From Abditibacteriaceae bacterium (GTDB lineage: Bacteria > Armatimonadota > Abditibacteriia > Abditibacteriales > Abditibacteriaceae), in the NCBI GenBank assembly GCA_031425655.1, contig JANPJS010000078.1:1-31813 (forward strand): DNA of 31,813 bases. Reading direction: 5' to 3'. The notes beneath the pieces are model-generated. The model was not told the origin of the DNA, searched no databases, and saw nothing but the letters and a program-made list of their open reading frames with translations. Below are positions 17,972 to 26,546 of the stretch, piece by piece. Each line of letters opens with the position of its first letter. Position 1 is the stretch's first letter. The position numbers were made by a program, and so were the translations under genes.

Positions 17972-18718
17972 ATGAAGCGCCGCGCCTTTACTCTGTTTGA
18001 ATTGCTTGTCGCCGTGGGTTTAATTGGCGTTATCTCCGCGCTTTTGTGGCCGGTTTTCGCCCGTGCGCGCGAAAACGCCCGCAAATCCGACTGTCAGCGC
18101 AATCTCAAGAAAATCGCGCTCGGCGTGAAGCTATACATGAACGATTGGGACGAGCGTTATCCTCTCGTCTTCGTCACCAACGCGCCCGGCCCGGCGCCGC
18201 CTTACGGCTGGGCCGACGCCTTAGAGCCTTACATCAATAATCCGATGGTTTACCAATGCCCCTCGGATACCAACGAAGCCAACCCATCGCCGATAAAAAA
18301 GGGTTACAGCGATTATTGGTATAACGCTAACTTGGTATATCGCCGGGTATATCGCCTGCGCGACCGGCCCGTTTTTGTCGGCGCCAATTCATCCGTGCTT
18401 GGCAGTTCGTCGCAAACCGTTGTCGCCGGCGATGGTGGCAATAAAAATGGCAGCGGCGGTCACAATTCGACTTACAACCAGTGTGGCGACGGCAAAAGCC
18501 TCAGCGAGAGAAACCAAGTTTGCGCGCCGTCAAAATCCCTCACCGTTGCTTATCCCGCCGGGCAAATTCATCTTGGCGGCGCTAATTTCGCTTTCGCCGA
18601 CGGCCATGTCAAGTGGTTTCGCGGCAGTAGCGCGGGGCAGAGCAAGCAAATAATGAGTAATCGTGCAACGCAATCCAACATCGGCCACAAATACACGTTT
18701 TCGCTGCTGAATCGCTAA
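17972..18718 (+). CDS. Prepilin-type N-terminal cleavage / DUF1559 / H-X9-DG domain protein (tandem paralog)
   Basis: AFTLFE; 'PVFARARENAR'; 'YQCPSD'; 'HLGGANFAFADGHVKW'. Confidence 0.93.
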   Translation: MKRRAFTLFELLVAVGLIGVISALLWPVFARARENARKSDCQRNLKKIALGVKLYMNDWDERYPLVFVTNAPGPAPPYGWADALEPYINNPMVYQCPSDTNEANPSPIKKGYSDYWYNANLVYRRVYRLRDRPVFVGANSSVLGSSSQTVVAGDGGNKNGSGGHNSTYNQCGDGKSLSERNQVCAPSKSLTVAYPAGQIHLGGANFAFADGHVKWFRGSSAGQSKQIMSNRATQSNIGHKYTFSLLNR

Positions 18719-18733
18719 ATAAAGGCGCAACGA

Positions 18734-18742
18734 TGTTACACT
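18734..18742 (+). promoter_or_regulatory. Extended -10 element TGtTACACT
   Basis: 16 nt upstream of ATG 18759, with GAGG in between. Confidence 0.4.
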
Positions 18743-18758
18743 GCGTGAGGAACCAGCA

Positions 18759-19205
18759 ATGAGCAATTCGACAGAGCAAGAATCTCAAGATAAAAACACT
18801 GGTGCAAACCGCGGCAAGTCTGCTGAACCGGGAACTGAGCCATCGAGCTGGCCCGCGTTTGCATGGAAAATCGTGTCAACTCCCACGGTTTTAGCCTCTA
18901 TGTGCTTTGTGTTTATGGGTTATTGTGTCGCCTGTAAAATGTTCGATCTGAACCCTTTTGATCCGCGAGGACAAAAATCGACTCCGACCCCAAAGCCACC
19001 CAACGTTCGTAGTAAAAAAACCAATCCCAATCCGACAAATCCCTCTCCACCTAAGGACTTTCCAGATTTTACACGCATTAATTTTTCGCAGATGTTCGGC
19101 AAGAATTTGGAGCCAGTCGAAGTGAAGATAACGACTCCTGAGGGCCATGTTATTGTCATAAAGGCGCAATCTAAGAACCCACGCAGCAAATCTCACCACC
19201 CTTGA
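18759..19205 (+). CDS. Hypothetical single-TM protein with Pro/Asn-rich linker
   Basis: RBS and ATG; hydrophobic segment VLASMCFVFMGYCVAC; lower GC; no recognisable family. Confidence 0.6.
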   Translation: MSNSTEQESQDKNTGANRGKSAEPGTEPSSWPAFAWKIVSTPTVLASMCFVFMGYCVACKMFDLNPFDPRGQKSTPTPKPPNVRSKKTNPNPTNPSPPKDFPDFTRINFSQMFGKNLEPVEVKITTPEGHVIVIKAQSKNPRSKSHHP

Positions 19206-19468
19206 ACGGTAAAGCGTATGCTGTTTCTAAGCAGCCGTTCTTAAACAAATTTCCCGCAGTCAGCCAGAAAAACCTCGAAAAGGACCTTATTTGTAACGCT
19301 TTTGTTACGCGCTACCTACGATAATGCTCAAAGGGCATTTCGGATGGGAGCATTTTGCTTCACTACCCGAAATCAAATATGGCATTCCCCTAAATCTTGT
19401 GTCTGTTAACAACACGGTTAAGTAGCCGCAGACCAAAACAAAGGGGCACAAAAGGGAAGGAGACTACG

Positions 19469-22400
19469 ATGACACGCGCCAAAAGAGAACCGCGGCGCAC
19501 TCTGCGAGTGCGCCCAATGTGGATTGTGGCCGGGATATTGTTGTTAACCGGAGTCCCGGCCTGTAAGAGATCCAACGGAACCGAAGTTCCACCAATTACG
19601 CCCGTCGCCATCCAGAGCGGCGGAGAGCCACTAACGCCGGAGATGCAGGCGATATTTGATGCTGAGCGTGCGCGCATGAAGGATGTGCTACCGCGTGAGC
19701 GTCAAAATCAGCGCAAACTTCTTCTGACTCGCCAATTGCCTCCGCGTGCTTTAGGGCACCGGTTCTGGACGCGTTTTCGACAAGTTTACCCCTACCATAT
19801 TCAGGTGGTGTCCGTGACGCCGCGCGCCATCGGAGGGCGTTTCACGTTCCTTGTTGCCGAACCGCCGCCACACGTTGCATTGCCCGACTTGTTGGAGGCA
19901 GTTGGGCCGTTGTTAGCCGGTTACGCAGTGAAAAAGCAGCGCATCGGTAACGATGGTTGGGTCAAAGATGTTGTGCTCGAAGCGCGAGACGACGGGACTG
20001 CGGCGGAAATCCTTAGTCGTTTAAATGCACTTCTCTTTCATACTTCTTACAAGGCATATCCTCTGCCCTTGCCGCCGAGCGCGCCGCGCCGTGGCAAATG
20101 GAAACTCGACTTGAACGTTTCGGCCCGCGAAATCAAGAAGTGGGTGTTGGACGAACAAGCGAAATTCCTCCCAATTGAGGGCAGCGATTCTGTAACGGCT
20201 GAGGGAATCTTCCAGCGCGGAGAATCACAAGTCCTCATCTGTCCTGAGAAAGGACTTGTCGGATGGTGGATACCGAAAAGCCAAAGCGTTGCCGCCAACG
20301 AGGTTCCGGCGCGACAATTCGCACTCGATTCCGATTTAGTATTAGGCGCGATCACTCGTCCTTCAGGTGTCTTGGTGATAGGCCGCCAGCGCGTTGTGCC
20401 TTTGGATGTGCTGCCCCCCTTGCGCGGGGAAACGCTGGCTTTATTGGGCGCTGTGCAAGACGACCACCTGGCGCAAAGTTACGAACGCAACCACCTCTTC
20501 GCAGGCCGCATTGACGAGCAGCACGACTGGGCGCCTATCCTCCTATCTCCTGAACTGCGCGACACGGAATACGGAAGCCTGCTCAACATCACCGACCAAT
20601 TGCTCAAAGGATGGTCAAACAACGGCGAAACGCGCTACGTGCGCTTTGATTATCCACGTCCGGCCAAATGGCCATTTAAAAAGCCGCTGCCTGAGCAACT
20701 CAAAGCCGACCAGTTGACCTATAACTGGAATACTAGGGGCACAGGTTATATGGTGAAGGAGGGAGATGGTAGCGTTTTCGCTCTCAACCGTAGCGGCGCT
20801 CTGCCTGTCAGTTACATTCCCAAGGGTCAAGAAGATAAACCTTCAACGAACGTGCTGATAGCGGAAACTAACGCTTATAACTACTTTGCTGGCTTGAACG
20901 ACCCGAATTTGGTTCGCGTGGTGCAATACGCAGCGATCTACCAAATCTTCCGCCACTTCCCCGTCGCACAACCAGCTCAGGCGCTGTCCGCCGATCCTGT
21001 GCCGGATACACGTCTTGAAGAGATGACATCGGCTTTGATGTCGCAACTGCGTCATCTCACCCCTGCGCAGCGTCGCCGTGTAGCCGGTCGGTTAGGCAAA
21101 ACAGTAGCGGCTACGCTCGGCAGCGCGGATTCCGTAGACAGCATCGTAGCCGAACTGATGCCTCGCTATCGTCGGGAATTCGCCCAGAGACTGCAAGAAG
21201 CGGGAATATCGCGCGGCACATCGGAGTTCGATCAACGCTTGGAAATTTTGCTGAAATTGGCGCGACAAGATTTAAGGGTTAGTGTCCGGGAAGCGCTGAG
21301 CAAGGATCGCCAGAAGATTGCGCAACGCATCGAAAAGCAACTGCAACTCGTGGCGCAACAGGGAGAAGACGCTGGAGCGAACAATGAGGATGAAACGCTG
21401 CGAAAGATCATTCTCAGTCTCTACGCCGCTTCTGAAAAGCTGCCGCAGCGCTATGCCGCCGCAATAGATCAACGCGCTAAAGGTTGGATTCACACGCCGG
21501 TGGTTGTGCTGTCGTGGAACATTGGTTCGTCAAGCTCATCTATTGGCGGGCATAACTTGGACGCGAAGATTACAGGTTTCAGATTGGACAACAATGTGCC
21601 CAAGGGCAAACCCATCGTTAAAGACGGTGAAATTGTGCTCAATCCGGCGGATAGTGACAAAGCCGGGCGTTTAGCGTTCGCCGCCGGGCGCCATGCTGGG
21701 GAACCTGACCTGCCGGCCATGCTAACAAGATTAGCTAAGCCCAGCAATACCCCACTGCGCCAATCGTATGCGGCGCTACGTTTTCCTGAAAAAGCACCTG
21801 CCTCTTCCGATTGGGGGATAGTGTCTTTCCCTCGTGGTGAGACCGGCAAGGGCGTTGGTTGGGCCAAGCAGACTACCTTCGATTCGCTTTTACGGGAGGA
21901 GTTGCTTGTGTTCCGCCAGAACGCACCCGATGCCGTTCTAATCGCCCGCCGGAATGATGGAACATTTCAAGTCGCGCATGGCGAGCCTCCCAGTTGGTTT
22001 AAAGCTCGCACTTACGAAGATGCTGTGGATTCACTCATCCACCTGCGGCGTCATGGCGAAGCGGGCGACAAATCCCTGAATATCAAACTGGTGGGCTTCG
22101 AGCCAAAGGAAATGAGGAGTTTTCTTCGTTCGTGTGAAGGGCGCAGCAAAGCCGAGAAACTCCCCCCGGAGATTGAGGCCATTGTTGGCAACAAAAGGGC
22201 GAAGCCCGTCTTACACGAAATAGAAGGGCTGTCGTATAAGAAGGCTGAGATTAAATTCAACGACGCTGTGTTCAGACTACCCGACGGTAGCCAAGTGCGC
22301 ACCGGGGAGGTCACAATTCCCGCCGCGAATGGCCGCACGGTGAAAGGCACGCTCAAGTTAATCTTTCACAGAACAGCTCCACGGCATTTCATTGACGCCA

Positions 22401-22654
22401 TCACGCAGCGTATTCACAAAATTTTCAATCGCTTGAAAGGCAGCGAGGTGGGTAGGAGCGGTGGCACGTTCCACACGCAGTTCAACCATGAGATGAAATT
22501 GTTAAAAGAGCAGACCGGTCGAAGTTTGCAGGATGTAGAACTGTATTTGGCTACGCAAGGAGGCGACGTCTACTTGGCGCGTCAGGAGGCTGACGATGCC
22601 GAACGCCGCAGCGGTGCCAGGCGCAAATGGGGAACTGTGCATCGCACCGCGTGA
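19469..22654 (+). CDS. Large putative lipoprotein of unknown function (1061 aa), possibly DUF1598-related core
   Basis: AAGGAG RBS before ATG 19469; basic N-region, hydrophobic helix and VPA-C32 lipobox-like site; long uninterrupted ORF. Confidence 0.75.
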   Translation: MTRAKREPRRTLRVRPMWIVAGILLLTGVPACKRSNGTEVPPITPVAIQSGGEPLTPEMQAIFDAERARMKDVLPRERQNQRKLLLTRQLPPRALGHRFWTRFRQVYPYHIQVVSVTPRAIGGRFTFLVAEPPPHVALPDLLEAVGPLLAGYAVKKQRIGNDGWVKDVVLEARDDGTAAEILSRLNALLFHTSYKAYPLPLPPSAPRRGKWKLDLNVSAREIKKWVLDEQAKFLPIEGSDSVTAEGIFQRGESQVLICPEKGLVGWWIPKSQSVAANEVPARQFALDSDLVLGAITRPSGVLVIGRQRVVPLDVLPPLRGETLALLGAVQDDHLAQSYERNHLFAGRIDEQHDWAPILLSPELRDTEYGSLLNITDQLLKGWSNNGETRYVRFDYPRPAKWPFKKPLPEQLKADQLTYNWNTRGTGYMVKEGDGSVFALNRSGALPVSYIPKGQEDKPSTNVLIAETNAYNYFAGLNDPNLVRVVQYAAIYQIFRHFPVAQPAQALSADPVPDTRLEEMTSALMSQLRHLTPAQRRRVAGRLGKTVAATLGSADSVDSIVAELMPRYRREFAQRLQEAGISRGTSEFDQRLEILLKLARQDLRVSVREALSKDRQKIAQRIEKQLQLVAQQGEDAGANNEDETLRKIILSLYAASEKLPQRYAAAIDQRAKGWIHTPVVVLSWNIGSSSSSIGGHNLDAKITGFRLDNNVPKGKPIVKDGEIVLNPADSDKAGRLAFAAGRHAGEPDLPAMLTRLAKPSNTPLRQSYAALRFPEKAPASSDWGIVSFPRGETGKGVGWAKQTTFDSLLREELLVFRQNAPDAVLIARRNDGTFQVAHGEPPSWFKARTYEDAVDSLIHLRRHGEAGDKSLNIKLVGFEPKEMRSFLRSCEGRSKAEKLPPEIEAIVGNKRAKPVLHEIEGLSYKKAEIKFNDAVFRLPDGSQVRTGEVTIPAANGRTVKGTLKLIFHRTAPRHFIDAITQRIHKIFNRLKGSEVGRSGGTFHTQFNHEMKLLKEQTGRSLQDVELYLATQGGDVYLARQEADDAERRSGARRKWGTVHRTA

Positions 22655-23603
22655 CTGCGCACTCGCTGTGACTGTGCCCCTCACACGCGAAGAGTTCATC
22701 GCTGATCTTTCCCGTCCTAAAGACAAGGACTACGCTCGCCACATTGCGAGTCAAAGAGGGGGCGAGTTTTGGCAGGGCTTTTCCGGCGACTTTTTCTGGG
22801 GAAACGTTTATGGCGGTAGCGCCCGTTATATCGCCACGGTGTGTGAAGCGGTTGAAAAGCAGGGCGTGACGGTGCAAAAAGCCGTCAAATTCTGTGAATT
22901 CGCGGAATTGGTGAGAAAATTTTCTGTTGTGACTCTTGTGGCGCACTGGAAATTCACTAAGTTCAAGACTGAGGATATTTGTGATGCTCCGGCTTTGTGG
23001 CGCGCTTTGCGTGCGCCACAAAGCCAAGTGCAAGAAGAAACTCAAAAGGCCGTTGAAGAACGCAATGCAGGATTGTTGAAACACAAAACATTGGAGCTGA
23101 ACGGTGAGGAGTTAGCCGAAACCCTGTCTAAGACGCTCAATGCAATCATGGCCGAGACCCACACGCTTTATAGAAATGCAAAGCCGGGTGAAAAGGGCGA
23201 GGTGGTAGTGGTCACTCAAAGTCAAGCCGCGCTACAGCGTTTGACACGTCCAACTCTTGAGGAAGCGTTTCCCGGTTTGCTGTGTCCTGCGCGCGCCGTG
23301 GAATTTTCCGACGGTTTGCGCACAATAAGTGAAGTGGTGGAAGCGGTGCCAGAAAATTACACGGGTGTGCTCGATATGACGGTCTGCAATTCAGTGCTCT
23401 TAGGCGCGGCCATCAAAAAGCATCGCCGCAACTGCCAGGTGCTCATAAATCGTTATCCAACAGAATTGGATATTCGTCTTCTGCCATATAAGATAGCGAT
23501 TGACCGTTTGGCTCAGCATCCGGCTCCCTTTGCCAATACGCTTATGGACGTAACCGACGCCATTCGTGACGACACGAGAAAAAAATCTCAAGAAAGAGAA
23601 TAA
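22596..23603 (+). CDS. Putative divergent caspase/CHAT-like (clan CD) cysteine peptidase
   Basis: AGGAGG RBS at 22584-22589; VVTLVAH117W, VEFSDG and VLDMTVC264NS occur in CHAT motif order (function inferred). Confidence 0.6.
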   Translation: MPNAAAVPGANGELCIAPRDCALAVTVPLTREEFIADLSRPKDKDYARHIASQRGGEFWQGFSGDFFWGNVYGGSARYIATVCEAVEKQGVTVQKAVKFCEFAELVRKFSVVTLVAHWKFTKFKTEDICDAPALWRALRAPQSQVQEETQKAVEERNAGLLKHKTLELNGEELAETLSKTLNAIMAETHTLYRNAKPGEKGEVVVVTQSQAALQRLTRPTLEEAFPGLLCPARAVEFSDGLRTISEVVEAVPENYTGVLDMTVCNSVLLGAAIKKHRRNCQVLINRYPTELDIRLLPYKIAIDRLAQHPAPFANTLMDVTDAIRDDTRKKSQERE

Positions 23604-23607
23604 CATC

Positions 23608-24114
23608 ATGACACTGCAAGAGGTTTTGAACAAACACAATCGGCACGCCTTGGCCTTTCATGCTGAAGGCGGCAGTGACGAGACCCAAGACACTCCATCG
23701 CCGCCCGTGGCTAAATTGGACCGCGAAGGGTTCCGGCGCGACTTAGAAGTAGCCAGACAACGCACAGAAAGCGATTTCCGTGATTGCAAACGAATGCTCG
23801 TCTGGCCATTCTTGTTGAGCATAACATTCTTAATCATTTTAGTCGCCGTGGCTGTCTTGGCGTTATTGCGGCCAGATGCAATGCAGGCCTATAAGATTTT
23901 TGGCGCCGTAATGGCCATAGTGAGTTCTGCGCTCAGTGGACTTGGCCTATTAAAGGCAAACGACCAAGTGTCTTATATGCAGCGTTTATGGCGAGAAAAA
24001 GAAGCCACTGAAATGCTGTTATCCCTTGCCGTTAATCTGAATGATGACGCGGCAATCGAGCGTATCATATTTTTGATGCAGAAGCGGCTGGAAAGTGCAC
24101 TGGTCTCTTCATAA
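23608..24114 (+). CDS. Small two-TM membrane protein (possible effector)
   Basis: ATG 4 nt after the previous stop; two hydrophobic helices followed by an amphipathic helical tail. Confidence 0.7.
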   Translation: MTLQEVLNKHNRHALAFHAEGGSDETQDTPSPPVAKLDREGFRRDLEVARQRTESDFRDCKRMLVWPFLLSITFLIILVAVAVLALLRPDAMQAYKIFGAVMAIVSSALSGLGLLKANDQVSYMQRLWREKEATEMLLSLAVNLNDDAAIERIIFLMQKRLESALVSS

Positions 24115-24137
24115 AATGAAGTAGAAAAGCAAGGCGC

Positions 24138-24257
24138 GTCAAGTATTCTCAGAATACTTGACTCTGTGAAGCGTTTGAAAGCAGAACCCCAGAACCCCTT
24201 AGTTAAGGAGGCCTGGGGTTCTGTCGTGTTAAGTTTCTGGCTTGACTCTTCTGAGAA
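24138..24257. repeat. Cluster of palindromes between convergent genes (terminator and/or degenerate MITE)
   Basis: GTCAAGTATTCT-c-AGAATACTTGAC (24138-24162); CAGAACCCCAG/CTGGGGTTCTG (24182-24223); TTCTCAGAA/TTCTGAGAA (24146/24249). Confidence 0.65.
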
Positions 24258-24270
24258 CCGCTCTATAAAA

Positions 24271-25098
24271 TCATTTAACAGGCGCCGGAGTGAGCGATTG
24301 AGCGAATTTCAGCGAGGCATGGACGTCCATTTTGTCGTTGGTCGTGGTCAAACTGGTGACTTGAACCACAAAAGGCCATTTTTTCTCTTTATCGAAGACG
24401 TAAACCGGGTTCATGTGCTCGAACAGCTTGCTGATGTTCAGCGATAGGCCCGACACTTTTTCAAACGAAAAATGCTCGTCAACAACCCAGATTTCGTTGG
24501 TATTGCGGACTTCCACGCGCGCCGTCAGGTGGAAAGGCACCGGCAAGCCGATTAAAGGGATTCGTTTTTTGCCGCTCATGCGAATCTGACCGTCCTTCAT
24601 CGTCAAATCGGCTTCTTTGATGTCAGGGTATTTCTCGACGAGCAGGCTTTCCAGCGCATCCGCCGCGACGGTGAGATGGGCCGTGCCGGCGCCCGATTGC
24701 ACCACGCGCAACTGGTTCTTCTTTTTGAGCGCATCGAAATCGTAAGCGATGTCGTCCACGATGAGTTCGGCGCTTTCCACCTTCGTTTTGTCGAAGGTAA
24801 AATTACGCAGCAGTAGCTCGAAATGGCCGACTGTGCCGAGATTTTTGGCTTTCTCGCCGCCCGCCGGTTCCAGAGGCACGCCGTCTATCGCGCCCAAATC
24901 GGACATTTCCAAACGCACGCTGCGGAAGCGGCCTTTGATAACGTCGCGCCCGCGCTTGCCTTCGACGGTGGTTTTGATCTGAGCGGCGGGATAACGCTTT
25001 TGCAGCGCGTCTTTCATGATTTGCGCCGCTTTATCCGGCGTTGCCACCGCGTTGAAGCCGAAGAACCCGCCTAAAACGGCGGCTAACAAAAGTCCCAT
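24271..25098 (-). CDS. LmeA/DUF2993-like exported protein
   Basis: N-terminal anchor; 'DVIKGRFRSVRLE', 'LTVAADALESL', 'MNPVYVFD' resemble DUF2993 and the gene at 3150-3890. Confidence 0.65.
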   Translation of the reverse strand: MGLLLAAVLGGFFGFNAVATPDKAAQIMKDALQKRYPAAQIKTTVEGKRGRDVIKGRFRSVRLEMSDLGAIDGVPLEPAGGEKAKNLGTVGHFELLLRNFTFDKTKVESAELIVDDIAYDFDALKKKNQLRVVQSGAGTAHLTVAADALESLLVEKYPDIKEADLTMKDGQIRMSGKKRIPLIGLPVPFHLTARVEVRNTNEIWVVDEHFSFEKVSGLSLNISKLFEHMNPVYVFDKEKKWPFVVQVTSLTTTNDKMDVHASLKFAQSLTPAPVK

Positions 25099-25174
25099 GA
25101 TTCCTCCAAAAGCAGAGCGCGTTCAAGTCGCCCTGCACAATTCCACAGCGTTCTGGAAACAAGCGGTGTGGCCG

Positions 25175-26515
25175 TTATTTCCAGATCAGCACGTTGCCGT
25201 CTATGTCGCCGCTGACAAGTTCACCGGCGCCGGGGCCAAAAGCCAGAGCCGAAACTTCACCGCGCTGGCCGCTCAGACTGCGCCGTTCGTCGCTTTCGAG
25301 ATGCCACAGCGCCAGATTATTGCCCTCGCCGGCGCTGGCGAGCATCTGACCGTCGGACGAAAATGCTAAGGCTTTGACCACGCCCAAGTTGGCCGATAAC
25401 GAACGCGGCGCGCTTTTTCCGGTTAAATCCCAGAGCCACACCGCTTGATAATTAGTCGAGGCCAAGCGCGTGCCGTCCGGTGAGAAAACCAGCGAGGTAA
25501 CGTAGCCGAGATTTTCCACGACCACGCCGCGATCTTCGCAGTTTTGCAAATCCCACAGACGCACTTTTTGGTTGGCGCCACCGGTTGCGATGCGGTTGGC
25601 CGTCCACGAAAACGCCACGCTGCGCACCGCGCCGGTGACCGCCAAATTGCAAGTGCGATCTAAGGCGCGCGTGGCCAGATTCCAGAATTTCAGCGTTCCG
25701 GCGCTGTCGGCGCTGATTAAAGTGCTGCCGTCCGGCGAAATCTGCATCGCAACGATGGGCTGCGCGTGCGCTTCGCCCGACGGCTTGCCGATTAAAACGC
25801 CGTCTTTGACGCTCCACAGCAAGATGGATTTATCTTCGCTGGCCGTCGCCAGCAGCGCATCATCCGGCGAAAACGCCAGCGCATTGACGCCGGCCCAGTG
25901 ACCGGTAAACGTGCGCAAAGCCATGCCGCTTTGAACATCCCAGAGTTTCACGTCGCCCACGGGCACACCATTTTTTTCGGACGGACGCCAACTGCCCGTC
26001 GCCAGCCATTTGCCGTCGTGCGAATAAGCGACGGCGCGCACGCCCCGAACATGGTTGTGGCGCATTCGAGGAATCCACGAAGGCGTGTAAGGCGGCCCGG
26101 TGCGCGGCGTCGGGCGCGGCGTCGCCGTCGGCATCGGCGCGATGGGTAACGGCAACACAACGGGCGTCGGCGCAGGCGTCGGACGCGGCGTGGGCATCGG
26201 CGTGGGACGAAAAGCCGGCTGGGGAGGCGGAATCTTCACCGAAACCGGCGTGGCACGCGGATAAGAGCGCTGGAACGGCTTCGGTGCGGGCCGTCGAAAC
26301 GGTCGTGGCGCGACGGAACGCGGCTTCTTCGCTTTGGGACGCGGCTTCGCTTTGGGCGGCGACTTCGGTTTGGGTGCCGGTTTCCGCACCGCAGGCGCCA
26401 TAATGGTGTCGTCTATCGCGCCAACCCTGCCGGCTGCCGTTAACGCGCAAAATAAGACGGCTCCCCGGAAAACGGCGCGCTGACTGCGGCCTGAAAAAAT
26501 GCACTTGCGTTTCAT
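25175..26515 (-). CDS. Secreted WD40-repeat protein with Pro/Lys/Arg-rich N-terminal linker
   Basis: Signal peptide; PTP/PKP-rich linker; about seven WD40 repeats. Confidence 0.9.
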   Translation of the reverse strand: MKRKCIFSGRSQRAVFRGAVLFCALTAAGRVGAIDDTIMAPAVRKPAPKPKSPPKAKPRPKAKKPRSVAPRPFRRPAPKPFQRSYPRATPVSVKIPPPQPAFRPTPMPTPRPTPAPTPVVLPLPIAPMPTATPRPTPRTGPPYTPSWIPRMRHNHVRGVRAVAYSHDGKWLATGSWRPSEKNGVPVGDVKLWDVQSGMALRTFTGHWAGVNALAFSPDDALLATASEDKSILLWSVKDGVLIGKPSGEAHAQPIVAMQISPDGSTLISADSAGTLKFWNLATRALDRTCNLAVTGAVRSVAFSWTANRIATGGANQKVRLWDLQNCEDRGVVVENLGYVTSLVFSPDGTRLASTNYQAVWLWDLTGKSAPRSLSANLGVVKALAFSSDGQMLASAGEGNNLALWHLESDERRSLSGQRGEVSALAFGPGAGELVSGDIDGNVLIWK

Positions 26516-26546
26516 GAATACCCTGATCGTGCTTTGTCAATCCCAC

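Noticed and set aside
19232..24263. Possible terminal inverted repeats around the three-gene cassette (CAGCCGTTCTTAAA versus the reverse complement of TCTGAGAACCGCTC)
   Set aside because: Only 10/14 identity, no target duplication and no transposase; compatible with chance.
24166..24447. 93-aa plus-strand ORF as a fourth operon gene
   Set aside because: Runs through the palindrome cluster and is antisense to the DUF2993-like gene; no RBS or protein-like features.
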